Source: Coriobacteriia bacterium
Lineage (GTDB): Bacteria; Actinomycetota; Coriobacteriia; Anaerosomatales; Kmv31
DNA: 61,474 nucleotides
NCBI GenBank assembly: GCA_014859305.1
Contig: JACUUM010000005.1
Span: 1-61,474 of the forward strand
Direction of reading: 5' to 3'
Below the pieces are notes generated by a model. That model worked only from the letters and a program-made list of their open reading frames with translations. It did no database searches and was not told the origin of the DNA. Of the stretch, positions 1 to 7,900 are shown in pieces; within the stretch, counting starts at the first letter, position 1, and the number at the start of each line of letters is the position of its first letter. Both the position numbers and the translations under genes were made by a program.

Positions 1-354
1 CGCGGGTTCCGCCAGCTCCGGCTCCGGCGCGGGCGCGGGTTCCGCCAGCTCCGGCGCGCCCTCCGCCGGCAGCTCGCCGAGGCCCAGGGCCATCAGGTCG
101 CGCTCGTAGTCGCCGGTAGGCGCGAAACCGGGCCCCTCAGGCTCGGCCTCCGGCGGCGACTCCGACATCGGTTCGTACACCGCGCCGAAAGGCTTCGGCG
201 CGGGTTCCGGAGAAGGCTCCGGGCCCGGTTCCGGCTCCGGCGCCGGCTCGGGCTCCGGGACCGGCGCCGGCTCGGGCTCGGGTTCGGGCTCGGGCTCCGG
301 TGCGGGCTCGGGCGCCGGCTCGGGCTCGGGCTCCGGCTCGGGCTCCCGCTCCGG
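1..354 (-). other. In-frame, coding-like continuation of the Glu-Pro repeat ORF downstream of the TAG at 355-357; open to the window edge
   Basis: Manual translation in the frame of 355..1494 gives [25 protein letters not shown]...[46 protein letters not shown] with no stop down to position 1. Third codon positions stay almost all G/C, as in real genes here. Confidence 0.5.
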
Positions 355-494
355 CTAGGGCTCGGGCTCGGGTTCCGGCGCCGGGACCGGCACCGGCTCG
401 GGCTCCGGCTCGGGCTCCGGCTCCGGTTCCGGCTCGGGTTCGGGCTCCGGGACCGGCGCCGGCTCGGGCTCCGGCTCCGGCTCGGGCTCCGGTG
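217..494 (-). repeat. Imperfect GGCTCS/GGTTCS hexanucleotide tandem array encoding (Glu-Pro)n
   Basis: There is visible 6-nt periodicity (ggctcgggctccggctcg...) over about 280 nt. It lies inside the C-terminal tail of the DUF4388 ORF and continues past its stop codon. Confidence 0.85.
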
Positions 495-1494
495 CGTGCA
501 GTATCCCGAGCATCTCCTCGAAGGCGGCGACGTCTTGTGCGGTCGCCTCCTGGGGGGTGCCCGCGAGGAACTCCGGCTCCTCCCGCGGACCCTCGACCCG
601 CTCCTCGACACCGCGCGCCGGAGCCCCCGGCTCCGCCGCGGCCGCTCCACGTGCCTCGGCCCGCTCCGCGGCCCTGCGCGTCCGGGCGGCGGCGGCCTCC
701 TCCATCTCCCTGCGTAGCGCCTCGTGCCGCGCCTCGCGCTCCGCGCGCTCGGCCCGGAGCCGTTCCACCTCGTCGTCGGCGGCCATCTCCAGCAGGCCCG
801 CCGAGAAGAGACCGTAGATGACGCGCGCCACCTCGAAATCCGTCCGTCCCGTTTGCGACGCGAGTTCGGAGACGCTCCGCGTCCCGTCCACCAGGAGCAG
901 GAGGTTCCACTCGACGGGCTTGAGCGAGATCTCGAACGTCCCCTCGCCGGGAGCGGTCGCCATCTTGTAGACGACGTCCATCGAGGGGACCTTCTTCTTG
1001 ATCCGCGTCCACTCCTCGAGTCGGCGACTGCCTTCCATGATCACGTTCTCGATCGAGACCGAAAGCCCGATGTCCTCGTCGACCGTCTCGGGGAGCACCT
1101 CGAAGTCGAACTCCCCCTCGTCCCAGCGCATCAGGTCGAAGATCGTGTCCTGGATCTGCTCCTGGACGAATGCCTCGAGCACCTTGTCGCTGATGTAGCC
1201 CTCGTCCACGAGGATCTGTCCCAGACGCCTGCCGCCCCGAGGTTCCGAGGAGCGGGCCTCCAGTGCGCGCTGCAGCGCCTGGGACGTGATCTTGTTCGCT
1301 CTGACGAGTCGCTGCCCGAGCGGCTCGTGCTGCCAGTTGCTCTGCGCGAAGAAGACGTCGCCCTCGCGGAACCACACGCTGCCCTCCGCCTCGTCGACAC
1401 GGCGGATCCGCAACACGCCGGTCTTCCGGCTGAACGTGACCAGCTGGAAGACGTCAGGGAGGCTGAAGTCCTTGAGGTTCCCTCGTAGCGCCAT
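355..1494 (-). CDS. DUF4388/PATAN-domain protein with an Arg/Glu-rich coiled-coil segment and a (Glu-Pro)n tail
   Basis: The N-terminus MALRGNLKDFSLPDVFQLVTFSRKTGVLRI...GDVFFA is the typical DUF4388/PATAN start. A second DUF4388-like half follows (GTFEISLKPVEWNLLLLVDGTRSVSELA). The ORF ends at a TAG inside the EP repeat. Confidence 0.8.
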   Translation of the reverse strand: MALRGNLKDFSLPDVFQLVTFSRKTGVLRIRRVDEAEGSVWFREGDVFFAQSNWQHEPLGQRLVRANKITSQALQRALEARSSEPRGGRRLGQILVDEGYISDKVLEAFVQEQIQDTIFDLMRWDEGEFDFEVLPETVDEDIGLSVSIENVIMEGSRRLEEWTRIKKKVPSMDVVYKMATAPGEGTFEISLKPVEWNLLLLVDGTRSVSELASQTGRTDFEVARVIYGLFSAGLLEMAADDEVERLRAERAEREARHEALRREMEEAAAARTRRAAERAEARGAAAAEPGAPARGVEERVEGPREEPEFLAGTPQEATAQDVAAFEEMLGILHAPEPEPEPEPEPAPVPEPEPEPEPEPEPEPEPEPVPVPAPEPEPEP

Positions 1495-1524
1495 GGGTGA
1501 AGCGGTCTCCTTATCCCCGCAGTC

Positions 1525-2193
1525 CTAGCCGAGGATCTCGGCGACGGAACGGGCGGCGTTGCGCATGTCGTAGATGATGAGCCCGAGTCTGGACTCGGCG
1601 CTCGCCAGCACCGTCAGGACGGCCCTCTCCCCCGCCGACATCAGAAGGACGTAGCCGTCGTCGCCCTCGATGAAGACCTGCGAGAGGCGGCCTCGACCCA
1701 GTTCCGTCGCAGCTCGCTCACCCAGCCCGAGGATCGCCGCGGCCATGGCGCCGACCCGGTCCTCCTGCATGGCCGGCGGCAGCGCGGCCGCCATCGTAAA
1801 GCCGTCCATGCTCACGAGCGCGGCTGCCTGGACGTCGGGGGAGTCGGCGATCAAGGCGTCCAGCGCATCCGCGAGGCGCTCCTCGCGGCTCCGAGGACGC
1901 ACCGCGGCCGCGGGACGCTGTGGCACCGGCTCCGCGGGGGCCTGTGAGACCGGGGCGCTCAATGGCGGCGCCGGGCGCGACGCGGGTTGCGGCGGCGCGG
2001 GTTGCGGCGGCGCGGGTTGCGGCGGCGCGGGCTTCGGAGCGGCCTGCGGCGAAGCCGGCTGCGGCGCCGGCTTCGGAGCGGCAGCAGCAGCGACCGGGAC
2101 CACGACCGGCGGGACGATCGTCTCTTCCTCCTCGTCGAGGACCTCGTCGTCCACGTCGCTGATGAAGTAGTCGCCGATGCCGTTGTCTGACAT
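1525..2193 (-). CDS. Roadblock/LC7 (MglB-like) domain protein with an acidic N-terminus and a Pro-rich linker
   Basis: The C-terminal ~120 aa (VQAAALVSMDGFTMAA...AAAILGLGERAATELGRGRLSQVFIEGDDGYVLLMSAGERAVLTVLA) match the Roadblock/LC7 pattern. An RBS-like GGGAGGTG lies upstream. Confidence 0.8.
   Translation of the reverse strand: MSDNGIGDYFISDVDDEVLDEEEETIVPPVVVPVAAAAAPKPAPQPASPQAAPKPAPPQPAPPQPAPPQPASRPAPPLSAPVSQAPAEPVPQRPAAAVRPRSREERLADALDALIADSPDVQAAALVSMDGFTMAAALPPAMQEDRVGAMAAAILGLGERAATELGRGRLSQVFIEGDDGYVLLMSAGERAVLTVLASAESRLGLIIYDMRNAARSVAEILG
1982..2026 (-). repeat. Three perfect tandem copies of a 15-bp unit (gcgggttgcggcggc) encoding PPQPA x3
   Basis: Read directly from the sequence: units at 1982-1996, 1997-2011 and 2012-2026, inside the Roadblock gene linker. 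Confidence 0.9.
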
Positions 2194-2325
2194 GCGAAAG
2201 CACCTCCCACTCCCGGCGCTCGGCCGGGGGCCGGAAGGCGCCGGATTCTTCGAGGGGCGGGTCGGGCTGGACAGCCGTCAACCAGTCTCTCACGAAGCCG
2301 GGAAACGGCACAACACGCCCCCGCC

Positions 2326-3999
2326 CTATACCACGACCCTCAGGATCTCCTCTATCGAGGTGAGTCCCGTCCTCACCTTCTCGAAACCGTCGTCGCGGAG
2401 CGTCATCATCCCCTCGGCCACGGCCTGACGCTTGATCTCGTCGGCGGAGGCGTTCTCCACGGCGAGCTTCTCGATGGTCTCGGATATCGTCAGCACCTCG
2501 TGCACGCCCATCCGGCCCTTGTATCCGAGCCCGCCGCACTTCTTACAGCCCACGGCCCGGTAGAGCTTCGGCGGCTTGCCCGGCTCGAAGGGGAACGCGG
2601 CCCGCTGGAGCGACTCCTCGGGGGGAGTGTAGGCCTCCTTGCATTCGCACAGCCGCCGCGCGAGGCGTTGCGCCAGCACGCAGTTGACCGCGGAGGCGGT
2701 CAGGAAGGGCTCGATGCCCATCTCGGTGAGGCGCGTGACGGCCGAGGGAGCGTCGTTGGTATGCAGGGTGGACAGCACGAGGTGACCCGTCAGGGCGGCC
2801 TCGATGGCGATCGTGCCCGTCTCCTTGTCGCGGATCTCGCCGATCATCACGGCATCGGGGTCCTGGCGTAGGATCGAGCGGAGCGCCGCGGCGAACGTGA
2901 GCCCGGCCTTCTCGTTCACCTGCACCTGTGAGAGGCCCGCGAGGCGGTACTCCACCGGATCCTCGACGGTGATCAGGTTGGTGCGGATGTCGTTGGTCTT
3001 GTTTATCGCCGCGTACAGCGTCGTCGACTTGCCCGAGCCGGTCGGCCCGGTGACCAGGATGGCGCCGTAGGGCTTGCTGATCGCCTCCATGAGCCGGGAC
3101 ATCGGCTGCTCGAGGAAGCCGAGGTCCTCCAGCGACATCATGATCGAGTCGCGCCGCAGCAGCCGGATGACGGACATCTCGCCGTGGACGACGGGCAGGA
3201 CCGCGACGCGGAAGTCGACCGTATGGCCGTCCAGCACCACCCCGAACCGGCCGTCCTGCGGGACGCGCTTCTCGGCGATGTCCATGCCCGAGGAGATCTT
3301 GAGCCGGCTGATGAGCTGCCGGTGCAGCCTCTTGGGGCTTCGGAGTATCTCGGTGCACACGCCGTCGATGCGGTACCGGACGCGCAGCTCGTTCTCCTGC
3401 GGCTCTATGTAGATGTCCCCCGCACCCTGGCGGATCGCCTCAGTGATGACCAGGTTCATGAGCTTGGCCGCCGGCGCCTCCTCGTCTGAGGCCTCCTCCT
3501 CTTCCTCCTCCTCGGGGGCGGCTCCGCCCATGTCCTCCAGACCGCTGACCATGTCGTCGACGTTCTGGTGCATCGAGGTGTACTTCTCTATGGCGTCGAC
3601 CAGTTCGCTCTCGGCGGCGACCACGGGCTGGACCTCGTAGCCGGTCACGATGCGCAGGTCGTCTATGGCGAAGATGTTCGCCGGGTCGCTCATCGCCACG
3701 AAGAGCTCGTCCTCGTCGACGCGCAGGGGCAGGACGTTGTAGCGCTTGGCCAGGTCGGCGGAGAGCACGGAGGCGGCGTTCGGGTCGAGCTCGACGGCTC
3801 CCAGATCCACGAAGGCGAGCCCCATCTGCTCGGCCACGGCCTGCGCGATCTGTCTCTCTTGCGCGAAGCCCTTCTCGACGAGCGCAGCGGTGAGGCTGCG
3901 CCGGCCGTTCTCGGAGAGCGCGTCCTCCAGCTGCTCGTCGGTGATCAGGCCCGCGGTGACCAGCATCTTGCCGAGCCGCTTGCCGCTCGCCGCGATCAC
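2326..3999 (-). CDS. pilB: Type IV pilus / type II secretion assembly ATPase (PilB/GspE family) with an MshEN-like N-terminal domain
   Basis: Walker A GPTGSGKST, a GspE-type core (VEDPVEY, RQDPDAVMIGEIRD, TGHLVLSTLHTND), Cys motifs CECK...CKKCGG, and an N-terminal T2SSE_N-like region. A GTG start at 3999 overlaps the aroE stop (GTGA). The longer 839-aa ORF is a spurious extension over aroE. Confidence 0.9.
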   Translation of the reverse strand: MIAASGKRLGKMLVTAGLITDEQLEDALSENGRRSLTAALVEKGFAQERQIAQAVAEQMGLAFVDLGAVELDPNAASVLSADLAKRYNVLPLRVDEDELFVAMSDPANIFAIDDLRIVTGYEVQPVVAAESELVDAIEKYTSMHQNVDDMVSGLEDMGGAAPEEEEEEEASDEEAPAAKLMNLVITEAIRQGAGDIYIEPQENELRVRYRIDGVCTEILRSPKRLHRQLISRLKISSGMDIAEKRVPQDGRFGVVLDGHTVDFRVAVLPVVHGEMSVIRLLRRDSIMMSLEDLGFLEQPMSRLMEAISKPYGAILVTGPTGSGKSTTLYAAINKTNDIRTNLITVEDPVEYRLAGLSQVQVNEKAGLTFAAALRSILRQDPDAVMIGEIRDKETGTIAIEAALTGHLVLSTLHTNDAPSAVTRLTEMGIEPFLTASAVNCVLAQRLARRLCECKEAYTPPEESLQRAAFPFEPGKPPKLYRAVGCKKCGGLGYKGRMGVHEVLTISETIEKLAVENASADEIKRQAVAEGMMTLRDDGFEKVRTGLTSIEEILRVVV

Positions 4000-4892
4000 T
4001 GCTCGGCCCCACGATCGGAGGAGTCGCCGGCTGCCTCCCGGGCGGCGGCGAGCATGACGTCGCGGGGAGCGGGGGCGGTGGTGTTCTCGCTCCAGATGTC
4101 GATCGCGATCGCGCCCTGCCGCACGAGCATCTGCAGCCCGTCGACGGTCGTCGCGCCGGCCGCCTTCGCCGCGGCGAGGAGCGCGGTGGGCTGCCCCCTG
4201 TAGACGACGTCGCACACCACGTGCCCGGCATGGAGCCACTCGACGGGCACCGGGCTCGGTTCGTCGGCTCGCATCCCCACCGAGGTGGCGTTGACCACCA
4301 GGTCCGCCGTCCGCACCGCCTCCGCCGACGACGGGGCGAGCGGCAGGACCTCGGCCGCGGTGTCCCTCAGGTGAGGCCGCATCCGCTCCACGAGCTCCTC
4401 GGCGCGCCGCACCGAGCGGTTGAGCACGGCGATGCTCGCGGCGCGCGCGAGCACGAAGCCCACGAACGCGGCGCCCGCCGCGCCACCCGCCCCGATCAGC
4501 GCGATCCTCTTGCCCGCGACCTCCACGCCTGCGTCGGACAGCGCCTCCAGGAGGCCGCGCCCGTCGGTGTTGTAGCCGATCAGACGGCCCTCCGAGACGT
4601 GCACGGTGTTCACCGCGCCCGCCATCTGGGCCTGCATCGCCACCTCGTCGCACAGGACCAGGGCCGCCTGCTTGTAGGGCATCGTCACGTTGACGCCCAC
4701 GAAGGGCAGGACCTTCAGGCATCCGAAGACCCGGATGAGATGGCCCTCCTCGGGAACGGGCAGGGACAGGTAGACCCAGTCGAGCCCGAGGGCCTCGTAG
4801 GCGGCGTTGTGCATGGCGGGCGAGAGCGTGTGGCCCAGTGGCCACCCGACCACCCCGGCGAGCTTGGTTCGCGCTCCTATCCTACGGCTCAA
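3996..4892 (-). CDS. aroE: Shikimate dehydrogenase
   Basis: Motifs GVVGWPLGHTLSPAMHNAA, NVTMPYKQ, NTVH...GYNTDG and the Rossmann motif LIGAGGAAGA. Confidence 0.9.
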   Translation of the reverse strand: MSRRIGARTKLAGVVGWPLGHTLSPAMHNAAYEALGLDWVYLSLPVPEEGHLIRVFGCLKVLPFVGVNVTMPYKQAALVLCDEVAMQAQMAGAVNTVHVSEGRLIGYNTDGRGLLEALSDAGVEVAGKRIALIGAGGAAGAAFVGFVLARAASIAVLNRSVRRAEELVERMRPHLRDTAAEVLPLAPSSAEAVRTADLVVNATSVGMRADEPSPVPVEWLHAGHVVCDVVYRGQPTALLAAAKAAGATTVDGLQMLVRQGAIAIDIWSENTTAPAPRDVMLAAAREAAGDSSDRGAEQ

Positions 4893-5433
4893 CGCCCGGA
4901 CCCTCCTCGGACGGTTCCGCGTGCGGGGGTAGACTCGGCGCCCCCGTCGGTTTCCTATCGGCCAGAAGCCGCTGCTCTATGAGGCGCAGGGCCAGCGTGT
5001 GAGGCAGGTCGGTGCTCGACAGCGGCTGCACGAGCACGGTCAGCAGACCCAGCGCGTTGCCCCCGAGGATGTCGGTGAAGAGCTGGTCGCCCACGACCGC
5101 GGTCTCTGCGGGACTCGCGTCGAGCAGCGTCATCGCGCGGCGGAACGCGAAGGGCAGCGGCTTGAGCGCCTTCGGGACGATCTCGAACCCGAGCTCGGCG
5201 GCGACGGCGCTGACGCGTCCGTGCCAGTTGTTCGAGACCAGGCATACCCGGAAGCCCTCCGCGTCCAGCCGGCGCGCCCACGCGCGCAGCTCGGCGGTCA
5301 TCGCGTTGCTGTCCCTCGGCAGCAGCGTGTTGTCGAGGTCCACCAGCAGCGCGCGCACGCCGCGCGACTTCAGATCGTCGAGGTCGACGGCGTGGACGTC
5401 GGTGTAGTAGAGGTCCGGGATGAACGGTCGCAT
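4882..5433 (-). CDS. YqeG-family HAD superfamily phosphatase
   Basis: LVDLDNTLLP (HAD motif I), VSNN, GDQLFTDILGGN. The ATG at 5433 was chosen; the upstream part of the 347-aa ORF is Arg/Gly-rich and not protein-like. Confidence 0.8.
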   Translation of the reverse strand: MRPFIPDLYYTDVHAVDLDDLKSRGVRALLVDLDNTLLPRDSNAMTAELRAWARRLDAEGFRVCLVSNNWHGRVSAVAAELGFEIVPKALKPLPFAFRRAMTLLDASPAETAVVGDQLFTDILGGNALGLLTVLVQPLSSTDLPHTLALRLIEQRLLADRKPTGAPSLPPHAEPSEEGPGVEP

Positions 5434-5439
5434 CGCCAC

Positions 5440-5445
5440 AGTATG
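5440..5445 (-). promoter_or_regulatory. Candidate -10 box CATACT, 6 nt upstream of the yqeG-like ATG (leaderless candidate)
   Basis: The minus strand reads GACGCATACTGTGGCGATG. There is no SD between the box and the start. Confidence 0.35.
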
Positions 5446-5513
5446 CGTCGGCGTCGCTCTCGCCGCCAGTGCCGGCAACCGACGCACGCCGGCCGGCGGC
5501 CGACTCCCCGCTC

Positions 5514-6191
5514 CTAGTGGTCGGGCACGCCGTCGCCGTCGTGGTCGTGGGCCTCGGGAGCCGCGGCTTCGGGGTGCTCCTCGGCGATGCGGTCGAGCTC
5601 GGCCTGCAGCCGCTCCGCCCTCTCCTCGAGCCCGGCGTGGCGGTAGATGTCCCGCATCACGGCGTAGCCCTCGTACCGCCACTCCTCGTCGCGCCACGTC
5701 CCGATGGCCAGGGCCTCGTCCGCCTGCTCGACGGCGCGGTCGCGCCGCCCCGCGAAGAGCAGGAGCTGCGCATAGTTGGCGCGCATCGTGCCGGAGCGCG
5801 GGTTCTCGCGCACGCCGGCTTCCGCGAGCTCCAGTCCCTCCTGGGCCCGTCCCCGCTTCGAGAGGAGGTACCCGGTCACGTAGTAGGCCTCCTCGAACTG
5901 CGGGTCCAGCGTGACGACCATCCACGTCGTCGGCAGCAGGTGCGTCTGCTCCGCCAGCGGCCTGTACTCATAGTATTCGTGGAACAGCGGCTCCATCCGG
6001 TTCCAGAGGACGGCGGCGGCGAACCGCCGCAGGCCCGTCATGTAGGCCCAACCCGCGCGCCCGACAGCGTCGCCTCCAGCGGATGCGGACGCCGAGAGCA
6101 CCGCCGCGGGGGTCTGCATGAGCAGCGCGACGGCCAGCAGCGCGGCGACGGCCGCCGGCGCGAAGCGCGCGCGCAGGAGCTCGTCGGTCAC
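5514..6191 (-). CDS. Membrane-anchored TPR-like repeat protein
   Basis: An N-terminal hydrophobic segment (FAPAAVAALLAVALLM) is followed by TPR-like helices (EEAYYVTGYLLSKRGRAQEGLELAEAGV...). The GTG start overlaps the permease stop (GTGA). Confidence 0.6.
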   Translation of the reverse strand: MTDELLRARFAPAAVAALLAVALLMQTPAAVLSASASAGGDAVGRAGWAYMTGLRRFAAAVLWNRMEPLFHEYYEYRPLAEQTHLLPTTWMVVTLDPQFEEAYYVTGYLLSKRGRAQEGLELAEAGVRENPRSGTMRANYAQLLLFAGRRDRAVEQADEALAIGTWRDEEWRYEGYAVMRDIYRHAGLEERAERLQAELDRIAEEHPEAAAPEAHDHDGDGVPDH

Positions 6192-6931
6192 AGGTCCCTC
6201 CTGTTGAACAGCAGCGCCGCCAGCGCGAGGAGCGCGATGACCCAGGCGGCGAACGCCAGCACCATCGTGACCACGTAGGCCGGCTGCACTCCCGCGCCGT
6301 GCGCCACCGGGTCTATGACGTTGAACGCCTCGAGCGAGGGGTACACGAGCGCGAGCGGGGAGCCCTCCGACAACAGCGCCGAGCGGGAGTGTCCCACGAA
6401 GAGCAGAGTGAGGGAGCCCGCGGCGGCCGCGACAGCGCCGGTCGCGGCGGAGAGCGCCAGGGCGAACGCCGAGAGCACGCAGACCTCCATCCAGACGCCC
6501 AGCGCCCCCTGCCAGAGCCGCCACATCGGATCCCCGTAGACCGCCAGCCCCAACGCCTGCTCGAGGAGGGTGAACGCCCCGATGAGCCCGCCCATCACGA
6601 CCGCGACCCCCGCCCACGTGCCCACGACGTACTCGGTCCTGGAGGCGGGACGTGCCAGCACCGAGTAGACCACGCGGCGCTCGATCTCGGACGGCACCCT
6701 GTTGACCGTCAGGGACAGCGTCACGACGAGCGCGGCGACGAACGTGAGGGCCAACGCCACCTCACGGTACACGGCCGCGTCGACGCCCTCGTTGTAGCTG
6801 GGCAGGGACGGGATCGCCACCGCCAGGAGCCCCGCGAACGCCAGCACCACGTACGGCACGCGGCGCCGCAGGGCGTCGGCCACGACGCCCTGGGCGATCG
6901 CGGCGACGCGCGCCCACGACGTCCCCCTCAT
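6188..6931 (-). CDS. ABC-2 type transporter permease
   Basis: A polytopic hydrophobic protein about 247 aa long. Its ATG overlaps the stop of the upstream ABC ATPase (ATGA). Confidence 0.7.
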   Translation of the reverse strand: MRGTSWARVAAIAQGVVADALRRRVPYVVLAFAGLLAVAIPSLPSYNEGVDAAVYREVALALTFVAALVVTLSLTVNRVPSEIERRVVYSVLARPASRTEYVVGTWAGVAVVMGGLIGAFTLLEQALGLAVYGDPMWRLWQGALGVWMEVCVLSAFALALSAATGAVAAAAGSLTLLFVGHSRSALLSEGSPLALVYPSLEAFNVIDPVAHGAGVQPAYVVTMVLAFAAWVIALLALAALLFNRRDL

Positions 6932-7899
6932 GCCGCCTCCTCCTCCGCCGGCCCCTCGCCCCGGTCCCGCTGCTCCAGCAGGCCGGCGAAGTACTCCTCG
7001 AGGCTCGCGCGCTTGGGTGCCACGGCGACCACCCGTCCGCCCGCATCGTCTATCGCATCGATGACGCCACGCACCTGCGAGTCGGGGACCGAGAAGATCC
7101 ACGTCCCCGACGACAGGGCGACGTCCTCGACGACCCGCCGGATCCCCGGCGGCAACTCCTCTCCAAGCCCATCGGCCCGTATCGAGGTCCTGCCGACGAA
7201 GTTCAGGAGGTCGTCGAGCCGGCCCTCGGCAGCGACCGTTCCCGCCTTCAGCACCGTCACGCGGTCGCACACCGCCTCGACCTCCGAGAGCTGGTGCGAG
7301 CTGAGCAGGACCGTGACGCCCTCCGAGCGCAGCTCGAGCATCAGGTTCCGGACGTCGCGCTGACCGACCGGGTCGAGCCCCCCGGCCGGCTCGTCGAGCA
7401 GCACCACCCGCGGACGGCCGATGAGCGCCTGCGCGAGACCGAGCCTCTGGAGCATCCCGCGCGAGAACCTCGAGAGTTGCTCCCGCCCCTTCCCCTCGAG
7501 CCCCACCGTCTCCAGCAGCGTCCCGGTGCGTTCTCGGATCTCCGGCGCCGATAGCCCGCACAGGCGCCCGTGCAGGCGCATCACACCGGCCGCTGTGAGC
7601 TGCATCGGGAAGTAGGGCTGCTCGGGCAGGAAGCCCAGCGGAGCCCTCCCCGCGGGCTTCCGCGGGTCCCGCCCGAGCACGGAGAACGTGCCGGAGGTGG
7701 GGCGGACCAGCCCGACGAGCATCTTCAGGGTCGTCGTCTTGCCGGCCCCGTTCGGGCCGAGCAGCCCGTGGATCGTGCCGGGCTCGACGTTGAGCGAGAC
7801 GTCGGCGACGGCCTCCTTGGCGGGGACGCCGATCTGCCCGGGATAGACCTTACGGGCGTGCTCGATGCGCACGGCAGGGACGGCCGGCGTTGGATCCAT
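6928..7899 (-). CDS. ABC transporter ATP-binding protein
   Basis: Walker A GPNGAGKTT, signature FSRGMLQRL, Walker B VVLLDEP, H-loop SSHQL. Confidence 0.9.
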   Translation of the reverse strand: MDPTPAVPAVRIEHARKVYPGQIGVPAKEAVADVSLNVEPGTIHGLLGPNGAGKTTTLKMLVGLVRPTSGTFSVLGRDPRKPAGRAPLGFLPEQPYFPMQLTAAGVMRLHGRLCGLSAPEIRERTGTLLETVGLEGKGREQLSRFSRGMLQRLGLAQALIGRPRVVLLDEPAGGLDPVGQRDVRNLMLELRSEGVTVLLSSHQLSEVEAVCDRVTVLKAGTVAAEGRLDDLLNFVGRTSIRADGLGEELPPGIRRVVEDVALSSGTWIFSVPDSQVRGVIDAIDDAGGRVVAVAPKRASLEEYFAGLLEQRDRGEGPAEEEAA

Positions 7900-7900
7900 G

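Noticed and set aside
217-494. A possible CRISPR-like or other non-coding repeat array.
   Set aside because: The period is 6 nt, there are no spacers, and the array lies inside a coding frame (an EP dipeptide repeat). It is not a CRISPR array.
93-1375. ORFs 93..650, 137..1375 and 300..821 across the hexamer repeat.
   Set aside because: They are alternative frames of the (GGCTCS)n repeat and give SPSRSR or ARAPAR low-complexity strings. Only the frame with the DUF4388 N-terminal domain is protein-like.
2326-4845. An 839-aa version of the PilB ORF, and similarly over-long ORFs 22570..24345, 14104..14943, 38203..39786, 42757..45681 and 4882..5925.
   Set aside because: The N-terminal extensions overlap the upstream genes (aroE, relA, rarA end, folD, ruvC-pdxT, and others) in another frame and are Arg/Gly-rich. 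Internal starts with an SD or a 4-nt stop/start overlap give proteins of canonical length.
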